A stretch of 22,441 nucleotides of DNA from the NCBI RefSeq assembly GCF_029504745.1, contig NZ_JAQFIQ010000037.1:1-22441 (forward strand), read 5' to 3'. Every line of letters begins with the position of its first letter. The stretch's first letter is position 1. This stretch comes from Breznakia sp. PF5-3. Its GTDB lineage: Bacteria; Bacillota_I; Bacilli_A; Erysipelotrichales; Erysipelotrichaceae. The notes beneath the pieces are model-generated. The model saw only the letters and a list, made by a program, of their open reading frames with translations. It searched no databases and was not told the DNA's origin. The translations under genes were made by a program, and so were the position numbers. Positions 1 through 6,963 of this stretch are shown piece after piece.

Positions 1-20
1 TATCACAAATATACTATACC

Positions 21-66
21 AAAAAGAACGTCTTTTCTCATCTCGAGATTAGACGTTCTTTTTATT
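21..66. terminator. Rho-independent terminator-like hairpin, bidirectional in shape, probably closing an unseen upstream gene
   Basis: AAAAAGAACGTCT (21-33) is the perfect reverse complement of AGACGTTCTTTTT (51-63). An A-run precedes it and a T-run follows. The 17-nt loop contains the palindrome ATCTCGAGAT (40-49). Confidence 0.6.
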
Positions 67-199
67 TCTGCTCTGTTTATCTGTCACAGCCCCTTTTACT
101 TTGAAAAAATATCCACTTACATTTTAATGATTACCACTTAACGATAATTGCTAGTAATTGTACTGAAAATTTATATAATGTGTTTGTGAGGTGAGAAGA

Positions 200-1411
200 A
201 TGAAGGAAAGTACATGGAAAAGAACGTTTTATACAATTTGGAGTGGGCAGGCGGCATCATTATTAACGAGTGCAATTGTTCAATATGCTTTGATATGGAG
301 TTTAACCGCCCAAACAAAGTCTGCTCTAGTTTTATCAATGGCAGGGTTGGTAGCATTTTTACCAACTGCAATTTTTAGCCCGTTTATTGGAAGTTATGTA
401 GATAAACACAATCGTAAAAAAATTATGATGATTGCAGATTTTGTGATTGCTTTATCAACATTGGTATTAGTTGTTGTTAGTTTTACACAAGCATTACCAA
501 TCTGGTTGGTATATATTGCATTGTTTGTAAGAGCACTTGGAAGTGCATTTCATGAGCCATGTTTGCAAGCGATAACACCACTTATCGTACCAAAAGAACA
601 GTTAGCTAAATGTGGGGGATATACAAGTACATTACAGTCAATATCGCTTATTTTAAGTCCAGCAATTTCTGCGGCATTGTTTGCTATAATGCCCTTATGG
701 TTTATTTTGTTATTAGATATCATTGGTGCAGTAATTGGGATTTCAACAATTGCAATTTCTAAAATACCAAGACTAATAGAAGAGGAAAAGAAAGAATTAA
801 ATGTTATAGAAGATACAAAGGAAGGATTTAAAATCTTACAAAAAGAAAGAGGACTATATTATTTTGTGTTGATTGTCTTTCTGTTTTATATAACCTATAT
901 TCCTTTGAGTACATTATATCCATTAATGAGTGTTTCTTACTTTAATAAAACAATTGGAGATGCAGGACTTGTTGAAACCATGTTTTCAGTTGGAATGTTA
1001 GCAGGAGGTTTGATTTTAGGGTTATGGGGTGGTACAAAAGATAAAATGAAAACAATTTTATCAGGTGTGTTTTTGTTGGGGATTGGAACAATGTTTCAAG
1101 GGTTGTTACCGCAAAATGCATTTATTATGTTCGTTGTATTAGCTGTTTTTACAGGTTTGGCTGTACCTTTCATTTCTTCCTTGTTTATGACAATTATTCA
1201 AGAAAAAATTGCTCCTGCATATTTAGGACGTGTTATAGGTGTAGCACAATCAATCATGGCTTTTGCTGCTCCTATTGGATTGATGCTATCTGGTCTGTTT
1301 GCTGAGCAATTGGGTGTTCATAACTGGTTTGTAATCAGTGGTATGATGGCAATGATTTGTATGGTTTTATGTCTTATGGTAAAATCTGTCCGTAATCTTG
1401 ATAGAACATAA
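200..1411 (+). CDS. MFS transporter, Mef(A)/macrolide-efflux-like (MFS_3/EntS-type) family, about 12 TM segments
   Basis: Long hydrophobic ORF. The N-terminus WKRTFYTIWSGQAASLLTSAIVQYALIW and the VDKHNRKKIMM loop resemble my recollection of Mef(A). The track start GTG 191 was trimmed to ATG 200, which lies 5 nt after SD GAGGTGA (188-194). Stop TAA at 1409-1411. Confidence 0.8.
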   Translation: MKESTWKRTFYTIWSGQAASLLTSAIVQYALIWSLTAQTKSALVLSMAGLVAFLPTAIFSPFIGSYVDKHNRKKIMMIADFVIALSTLVLVVVSFTQALPIWLVYIALFVRALGSAFHEPCLQAITPLIVPKEQLAKCGGYTSTLQSISLILSPAISAALFAIMPLWFILLLDIIGAVIGISTIAISKIPRLIEEEKKELNVIEDTKEGFKILQKERGLYYFVLIVFLFYITYIPLSTLYPLMSVSYFNKTIGDAGLVETMFSVGMLAGGLILGLWGGTKDKMKTILSGVFLLGIGTMFQGLLPQNAFIMFVVLAVFTGLAVPFISSLFMTIIQEKIAPAYLGRVIGVAQSIMAFAAPIGLMLSGLFAEQLGVHNWFVISGMMAMICMVLCLMVKSVRNLDRT

Positions 1412-1426
1412 GAACTATGATATAAT
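1398..1426 (+). promoter_or_regulatory. Sigma-A type promoter for the T-box leader and alaS
   Basis: TTGATA (1398-1403), a 17-nt spacer, then extended -10 TGaTATAAT (1418-1426). The -35 lies inside the last codons of the MFS gene. Confidence 0.65.
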
Positions 1427-1435
1427 TCAATGCAT

Positions 1436-1642
1436 AAAATGATGAATAAGATGAGTACCTAATTCAGGACCATTCCAGAGAAAAAGCATTAGGTGAAAGC
1501 TTTATGGAAATGATTGGGGAAGCTACTTAGGAGTTTTATCGCAAAATCGGCGTTATTGATCAATTGAGGTGCATAGAACAAGATTTCTATGAATCAGGAT
1601 GGTACCGCGTTAAGAACGTTCCTGTATGGAGCGTTTTTTTAT
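1436..1642 (+). promoter_or_regulatory. T-box riboswitch leader, alanine specifier GCU, controlling alaS by transcription attenuation
   Basis: Stem I elements are AGATGAGTA (1449-1457), AGAGA (1477-1481) and GGTGAAA (1492-1498). The specifier-loop context is GAA-GCT-A with GCT at 1522-1524. The conserved T-box core AATCAGGATGGTACCGCG is at 1592-1609. The terminator hairpin GAACGTTCC/GGAGCGTTT (1614-1636) is followed by a T7 run to 1640. Confidence 0.9.
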
Positions 1643-1658
1643 TTTATTGGAGGTTTTT

Positions 1659-4289
1659 ATGAAACAAAGAACAGGTAATGAAATTCGACAACTATTTTTA
1701 GATTTTTTTGCAAGTAAGGAACATATGATTGAACCAGGTGCATCATTAATACCAAATAATGATCCAACATTACTATGGATTAATTCAGGTGTTGCAGCAT
1801 TAAAAAAATATTTTGACGGTAGTGAACAACCCAAAAGTAATCGCATTGTGAATGCACAAAAATCAATTCGAACAAATGATATTGAAAATGTTGGAAAAAC
1901 AGCAAGACATCATACTTTTTTCGAGATGTTAGGAAACTTTTCAATTGGCGATTATTTTAAAAAAGAAGCTATTCATTATGCTTGGGAATTTTTAACAAGC
2001 CCTGAATATATTGGAATGGATAAAGATAAACTTTACATTTCTGTATATACAGATGATAGTGTTGCATATACTACATGGGTGGATGAAATTGGAGTTGATC
2101 CAAGTCATATTTTAAAAACCGAGGGGAATTTTTGGGAGATTGGTGCTGGGCCTAGTGGACCTGATAGCGAAATCTTTTATGATCGTGGAATAGAATACGA
2201 TCCAGATGGTATCGGTGAAAAACTATTCTTTGAAGAATTAGAAAACGATCGTTACATAGAAGTTTGGAATATTGTATTTTCACAATACGACGCAGAACCA
2301 GAAAAGCCACGTTCAGAATATAAAGAATTGCCCCAAAAAAATATTGATACTGGAATGGGATTAGAACGATTGGTATCGATTGTTCAAAAGGGAGAAACAA
2401 ACTATGATACAGATTTATTTTTACCAATAATCCACGCAGTTGAGGATTTAACACCTAAAAAATATGAAGGTGAGTACAAAATGGCATATCGAGTAATTGC
2501 TGATCATATTAGAACGGTAGTATTTGCACTTAGCGATGGTGCAATGTTCTCTAATAATGGAAGAGGATATGTGTTGCGTAGGGTTTTACGTAGAGCGGTT
2601 CGCTATGGTATCAAATTGGGCTTAAATGAACCGTTTATGTATAATTTGGTTCCAATGGTTAGTGAAAATATGAAAGCATACTATCCATATTTAATGGATA
2701 AAATTGAATATAATCAAAATTTAATCAAAACAGAAGAAGAAACATTTCATAAGACATTAGCAAATGGTGAAAAGCTATTGAATGATGAAATCACGAAAAT
2801 GAACGATAAAATATTTTCAGGGAAAGTTGCATTTAAACTGTATGATACTTATGGATTCCCATATGAATTGACGGAAGAAATTTTAAATGATGATGGTTAT
2901 TCAATCAATAAAGATGAATTTGATAGTGAAATGGAAAAACAAAAGGAACGAGCACGTAACGCACGTGTTGATTCTGGATCGATGACTTCGCAGTCAGCAG
3001 ATTTAATGGAATTTGTTGAAAAATCGGAATTTGTTGGATACGATAATTTAACTTGTGAAGCTAATATTATTGGTTTGTTTAAAGATGGTAATAAAGTGGA
3101 TACACTTACATCAGATGGAGAAGTTGTTTTTGATAAAACTTGTTTTTATGCAGAGAGTGGAGGACAAGTGTCAGATGGTGGATATTGTAAAATCAATGGA
3201 AAAACATTTAATGTGAAAGATGTAAAGAAAGCACCTCATGGGCAATTTCTACATTCTCTTGAAATTGAAGATGCATCCATTTCATTGAATCAACAAGCAT
3301 CTTTGTTTGTCGATCAAGAAAAAAGAAAGTTAACTACACGAAATCACTCGGCTACCCATTTATTACAAAGTGCATTAAAAAGAGTAGTAGGGGATCATAT
3401 TGCGCAAGCTGGTTCGTATGTAAGTGATGAATATCTACGATTTGACTTTACTCATTTTGAGAAAGTAAATCGTCAGCAACTAGATGAAATAGAGCATATG
3501 GTAAATTCATTCATTCAACAAGATGATCATGTCAGTATTGAATATTTAGATATTGAGGAAGCGAAAAAGACTGGTGCAACAGCAATGTTTGATGAGAAGT
3601 ATGGAGATGTTGTAAGAGTCGTTAGTATGGGTGATGTTTCAAAAGAATTCTGTGGAGGATGTCATGTAGAACACACAGGAAACATTGGGATTTTTAAAAT
3701 TGTAAGTGAGGAGTCGATCGGTTCAGGAATTCGTCGTATTATTGCTAAAACAGGGTTGTCAGCATTTATGGATTTTAAAGCAGAAGAAAAATCATTATAT
3801 CAAGTTGCAGATATTTTAAAAATGAAGACGATTGTCGGAATTGAAGATAAAGTATCTGGAATGATAGAAGATACAAAAAGGTTACAAAAAGAAATTCAAG
3901 AATTACAAGGACAAGCTTTGGTAAGTGAGGCTGCTAATATAGTAAGTGATGCACAAGATGTGAATGGTATCAAAGTATTGGTAAAAAGTTTTGAAGGTGT
4001 GAATGGTGGAAGCTTAAAAGACATGGCTTCATCGATTAAGGAGCGATTAGGAAAATCAGTAGTATTTTTAGCTAGTGAAGACAATGGGAAAATTATTTTT
4101 GTTGCCGCAGCTAGTAAAGAAATTACTGGTGATAAAATAAATTGTGGTAATTTAGTAAAAACAGCTGCACAAATTTGTGGTGGTAATGGTGGTGGACGTC
4201 CAGATATGGCACAAGCTGGAGGGAAAGATGCTACAAAATTGTCAGAGGCATTATCAGAAATAGCTTCAATCCTAGGTTTTACTCTTTAA
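1659..4289 (+). CDS. alaS: Alanine--tRNA ligase (AlaRS)
   Basis: Class II core motifs RHHTFFEMLGNFS and WNIVFSQY, editing-domain HSATHLL and CGGCHV, and C-terminal GGGGRPDMAQAGG. The track start 1626 lies inside the T-box terminator. True start is ATG 1659, 5 nt after GGAGG (1649-1653). Confidence 0.97.
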   Translation: MKQRTGNEIRQLFLDFFASKEHMIEPGASLIPNNDPTLLWINSGVAALKKYFDGSEQPKSNRIVNAQKSIRTNDIENVGKTARHHTFFEMLGNFSIGDYFKKEAIHYAWEFLTSPEYIGMDKDKLYISVYTDDSVAYTTWVDEIGVDPSHILKTEGNFWEIGAGPSGPDSEIFYDRGIEYDPDGIGEKLFFEELENDRYIEVWNIVFSQYDAEPEKPRSEYKELPQKNIDTGMGLERLVSIVQKGETNYDTDLFLPIIHAVEDLTPKKYEGEYKMAYRVIADHIRTVVFALSDGAMFSNNGRGYVLRRVLRRAVRYGIKLGLNEPFMYNLVPMVSENMKAYYPYLMDKIEYNQNLIKTEEETFHKTLANGEKLLNDEITKMNDKIFSGKVAFKLYDTYGFPYELTEEILNDDGYSINKDEFDSEMEKQKERARNARVDSGSMTSQSADLMEFVEKSEFVGYDNLTCEANIIGLFKDGNKVDTLTSDGEVVFDKTCFYAESGGQVSDGGYCKINGKTFNVKDVKKAPHGQFLHSLEIEDASISLNQQASLFVDQEKRKLTTRNHSATHLLQSALKRVVGDHIAQAGSYVSDEYLRFDFTHFEKVNRQQLDEIEHMVNSFIQQDDHVSIEYLDIEEAKKTGATAMFDEKYGDVVRVVSMGDVSKEFCGGCHVEHTGNIGIFKIVSEESIGSGIRRIIAKTGLSAFMDFKAEEKSLYQVADILKMKTIVGIEDKVSGMIEDTKRLQKEIQELQGQALVSEAANIVSDAQDVNGIKVLVKSFEGVNGGSLKDMASSIKERLGKSVVFLASEDNGKIIFVAAASKEITGDKINCGNLVKTAAQICGGNGGGRPDMAQAGGKDATKLSEALSEIASILGFTL

Positions 4290-4353
4290 AAAAAAGAAAA
4301 AATATTGTACAATATAGCATATATCGAAATATATTCGAAAAGGGGGTTATAAT

Positions 4354-4620
4354 ATGAAAGATATTACAGAAACAATGTCATTTGCATCTGACGATTTTAA
4401 GCAAGATAATATCAAACATGTTTTACGCCTAGTAAATGAAGCACTGGAAGAAAGAGGATATAATTCTGTTAATCAAATTTCAGGATATCTTATTTCGAAT
4501 GATCCTGCTTATATTTCTAGTCATAAGAATGCTCGTACCATTATTCAAGGTGCGGATCGGTATGAAATTATTGAAGAGTTAGTACGTTTTTATTTAAGTG
4601 CTATCAAAGAAGACGAATAA
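4354..4620 (+). CDS. ireB: IreB-family regulatory phosphoprotein (UPF0297 / DUF965, B. subtilis YrzL-like)
   Basis: 88 aa with the GYNSVNQISGYLISNDPAYISSHKNAR core typical of UPF0297. N-terminal Thr pair in DITETMSF. SD AGGGGG (4341-4346). Position between alaS and ruvX matches Bacillus. Confidence 0.85.
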   Translation: MKDITETMSFASDDFKQDNIKHVLRLVNEALEERGYNSVNQISGYLISNDPAYISSHKNARTIIQGADRYEIIEELVRFYLSAIKEDE

Positions 4621-5036
4621 TGGAGAAAATTATTGGTCTAGATTTGGGGAGTGTTACTTGTGGTGTGAGCGTAAGTGATCTTATGGGAATTATTGCGTCT
4701 TCTGTAAAGACGATACGATTTCCAGAAGATGATTATGATACTTGTCTTGAAGAAGTATTGCTTACGTTGAAAGAAAACAATAGTAATACCGTTGTTTTAG
4801 GTTTGCCAAAACACATGAATGGTGACATAGGAATTCGAGGAAATATTTCAATTGATTTTAAAGAAAAGTTAGAAGCTCATGATGTAAAAGTGATTTTATG
4901 GGATGAGCGATTAACAACGGTTTCTGCTGAAAAAATATTAATTGGTGCGGATGTGTCACGTAAAAAACGTAAAAAGGTCATTGATCAAATGGCGGCAGTT
5001 ACTATTCTACAAGATTATTTAAATAGTTTAAAATAG
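4620..5036 (+). CDS. ruvX: Putative pre-16S rRNA nuclease / Holliday junction resolvase-like protein (YqgF/RuvX family)
   Basis: IGLDLGSVTCGVSVSD N-terminus, a WDERLTT motif, and C-terminal DQMAAVTILQDYL. The start overlaps the ireB stop by 1 nt (TAATG). Confidence 0.9.
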   Translation: MEKIIGLDLGSVTCGVSVSDLMGIIASSVKTIRFPEDDYDTCLEEVLLTLKENNSNTVVLGLPKHMNGDIGIRGNISIDFKEKLEAHDVKVILWDERLTTVSAEKILIGADVSRKKRKKVIDQMAAVTILQDYLNSLK

Positions 5037-5056
5037 GGCTTTTGCCCTATTTTATT
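5033..5056 (+). terminator. Intrinsic terminator-like hairpin between ruvX and the DUF1292 gene
   Basis: ATAGGGC (5033-5039), loop TTTT, GCCCTAT (5044-5050), then TTTATT. The ruvX stop TAG (5034-5036) is inside the 5' arm. Confidence 0.5.
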
Positions 5057-5068
5057 GGAGGTCATAAA

Positions 5069-5311
5069 ATGGAATCTAATAGTATGTTTATAAAAGATGA
5101 GACAGGAAATGAAAAAGAGATGGAAATTCTTTTTACGTTTGATCATCAAGAAAAAAAATATGTTATCTTTCGTGATATAAATGCAAATGATGATGAAGTG
5201 TTTGCTTCAGCATATAATGACGATGGAGAATTGTTACCAATTGAAGCTGAAGAAGAATGGCAAATGGTTGAAGAGGTTCTTATAGCTTTTACGGAGGAAG
5301 ATGATGAGTAA
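5069..5311 (+). CDS. DUF1292 family small acidic protein (B. subtilis YrzB-like)
   Basis: 80 aa, acidic, with EMEILFTF...KKYVIF and an E-rich tail. Conserved position after ruvX. ATG 5069 lies 7 nt after GGAGG (5057-5061). The track start 5042 falls inside the hairpin. Confidence 0.75.
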   Translation: MESNSMFIKDETGNEKEMEILFTFDHQEKKYVIFRDINANDDEVFASAYNDDGELLPIEAEEEWQMVEEVLIAFTEEDDE

Positions 5312-6389
5312 TTCAAAATCTTTTTTAAAAAAATTCAGTTGGAATATAAAAACAATTGCTATTTTAATGATTATAATAGCTGTTTTAATAGGAATTTTTG
5401 GTACACTTTATTATAAAAATTCATTATCAGCAGTAACATCAAAAGATGAACCAATTTATTTTGCAATAGTTGAAGGTGATAATGTTACAACGGTTACAGA
5501 ACGATTAGAAAAACAAAAAATTATTAAGAATGCTTCTATGGCAAAAATATCTGCTAAATTTAATGGTGTGGATGATTTTACAGTTGGTACCTACATTATC
5601 AATAGAAAATGGGATACACCCAAGATTTTAAAATATTTATCAAATGCTAAAAATATAAATAATGATGAAGTACTGATAACATTTAAAGAAGGGATATGGG
5701 CAAAAGATATTGCTAAGAAAATAGAGGAAGAAACAGATGTTAGTGCAGATGAATTGATTGCGTTGTGGAATGACGAAACATTTTTGAAGGCATGTATAGA
5801 ACAGTATGATTTCTTAGATGAAGCAATTTTGAATGAAAAATATAGAGTTAAGTTGGAAGGGTATTTATATCCTGAAACATATTACTTTAAAAGAAAAACT
5901 ACACCTGAAGAAGTAACATATACATTTCTGAATCAGTTTGCAGTTGAATATGAAAATATTCGCTCAAGTGTTGAAAAAAGTAAATTATCATTACATGAAA
6001 TTATTACTTTAGCTAGTATTGTTCAATATGAGAGTGCAACAAAAGAAGATATGGAAAAAGTTGCAGGCGTATTCTATAATCGATTAGCAATCGATCAAAA
6101 ACTTGAATCCAGTGTTACAGTGTGTTATTCATTGTATGAATTTGACAACTGGCTAGAATGTGAGCAAAAAGCGCACACGACGGATTCTCCATATAATACA
6201 TATTTATATAGTGGATTACCAATTGGGCCAATTTTAAACCCAGGAAAGCAAGCGATTGAGGCTGTCTTACATCCTGCAGAGCATGACTACTTATATTTTA
6301 TTGCAGATGTTCAAGGAGATAATACAGTGTATTACGCTAAAACATATGAAGAACATACGAAGAATGTTGAAAAGTACTTAGATTATTAA
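5301..6389 (+). CDS. mltG: Endolytic murein transglycosylase MltG (YceG family)
   Basis: N-terminal TM helix (IAILMIIIAVLIGIFGTLYY). YceG motifs EGYLYPETYYF, LASIVQYES, VFYNRL and PYNTYLYSGLPIGPILNPG. ATG 5304 is an alternative start, 6 nt after GGAGG (5293-5297). Overlaps the DUF1292 stop. Confidence 0.9.
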   Translation: MMSNSKSFLKKFSWNIKTIAILMIIIAVLIGIFGTLYYKNSLSAVTSKDEPIYFAIVEGDNVTTVTERLEKQKIIKNASMAKISAKFNGVDDFTVGTYIINRKWDTPKILKYLSNAKNINNDEVLITFKEGIWAKDIAKKIEEETDVSADELIALWNDETFLKACIEQYDFLDEAILNEKYRVKLEGYLYPETYYFKRKTTPEEVTYTFLNQFAVEYENIRSSVEKSKLSLHEIITLASIVQYESATKEDMEKVAGVFYNRLAIDQKLESSVTVCYSLYEFDNWLECEQKAHTTDSPYNTYLYSGLPIGPILNPGKQAIEAVLHPAEHDYLYFIADVQGDNTVYYAKTYEEHTKNVEKYLDY

Positions 6390-6415
6390 AAAAGATAGTA
6401 TAATTTAGTTAATCA

Positions 6416-6424
6416 TGTTATAAT
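6416..6424 (+). promoter_or_regulatory. Extended -10 promoter element for greA
   Basis: TGtTATAAT at 6416-6424, 27 nt upstream of the greA GTG start. No good -35. Confidence 0.45.
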
Positions 6425-6451
6425 ACGAAAGCAAAACAAGGAGTGATTTAG

Positions 6452-6928
6452 GTGGAAAATCAAGAAAAAGTATTAGTAACTCAGGCTGGTTATGAAGAGT
6501 TAAAAGAAGAATTAAGAAAACTAGTTCACGAAGAAAGAAATATTGTTATACAAGAACTTCAAGAAGCAAGAGCGCAAGGTGATTTAAGTGAAAATGCAGA
6601 TTATGATGCAGCCAGAGATCACCAAGCACGTGTAGAGGCAAGGATAGCAGAATTGGAAAATATGCTATCAAATATTGAAATTATTGAAGATAAGAAAACT
6701 ACTAAAAAGACAGTTTCTTTAGGTTCAACGGTTGAAATATTAGATTTGGACTCTAACGAGAAAGAAGTATATACAATTGTTGGTTCAGTAGAGGCGGATC
6801 CTTTCAATGGGAAACTATCAAATGTTACACCATTAGCAGTCGCTCTATTGGATACAAAAGTAGGATCAACAGTAACGGTGACAAATGTAGATAAACCATA
6901 TAAAGTAAAAGTATTAGGTTTAAAATAA
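6452..6928 (+). CDS. greA: Transcription elongation factor GreA
   Basis: 158 aa with GDLSENADYDAAR in the coiled-coil tip and a C-terminal FKBP-like domain. GTG start lies 8 nt after AAGGAG (6438-6443). Confidence 0.95.
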   Translation: MENQEKVLVTQAGYEELKEELRKLVHEERNIVIQELQEARAQGDLSENADYDAARDHQARVEARIAELENMLSNIEIIEDKKTTKKTVSLGSTVEILDLDSNEKEVYTIVGSVEADPFNGKLSNVTPLAVALLDTKVGSTVTVTNVDKPYKVKVLGLK

Positions 6929-6963
6929 AAACATAGCGGATTTTAATTCCACTATGTTTTTTT
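6929..6963. terminator. Bidirectional intrinsic terminator shared by greA (+) and the Na/Pi transporter (-)
   Basis: AACATAGCGGA / TCCACTATGTT stem with one C-A mismatch and a 7-nt loop. T-run 6957-6963 on +. On the - strand a T-rich tail follows (reverse complement of TAAAATAAAA, 6921-6930). Confidence 0.7.

Noticed and set aside
148-179. Promoter for the MFS gene (TTGCTA ... TATAAT 174-179)
   Set aside because: The -10 is good, but the only TTG-type -35 candidates lie 20 nt (148-153) or 10 nt (158-163) away. Not reported as a feature because the spacing is non-canonical.
171-371. 66-aa minus-strand ORF overlapping the MFS gene start
   Set aside because: It is antisense to a well-supported transporter gene, has no SD and a low-complexity translation. 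Typical shadow ORF.
1626-1658. N-terminal extension of the alaS track ORF (MERFFILLEVF...)
   Set aside because: It starts inside the T-box terminator hairpin and T-run and has no SD. MKQRTGNEIRQLF at 1659 has GGAGG at proper spacing and matches the usual AlaRS N-terminus.
1610-1846. 78-aa minus-strand ORF across the T-box/alaS junction
   Set aside because: It is antisense to the alaS 5' end and the riboswitch terminator. It has no SD and no recognisable fold.
2152-4084. Minus-strand ORFs inside alaS (2152-2454, 3896-4084)
   Set aside because: These are shadow frames of a highly conserved gene. Their translations have no motif content.
4324-4338. Possible LexA (Cheo-box) site TCGAAATATATTCGA upstream of ireB/ruvX
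   Set aside because: The Bacillus SOS box is GAAC-N4-GTTC. Here the arms read GAAA/ATTC with 3-nt spacing (CGAA-N5-TTCG), so both sequence and spacing fail.
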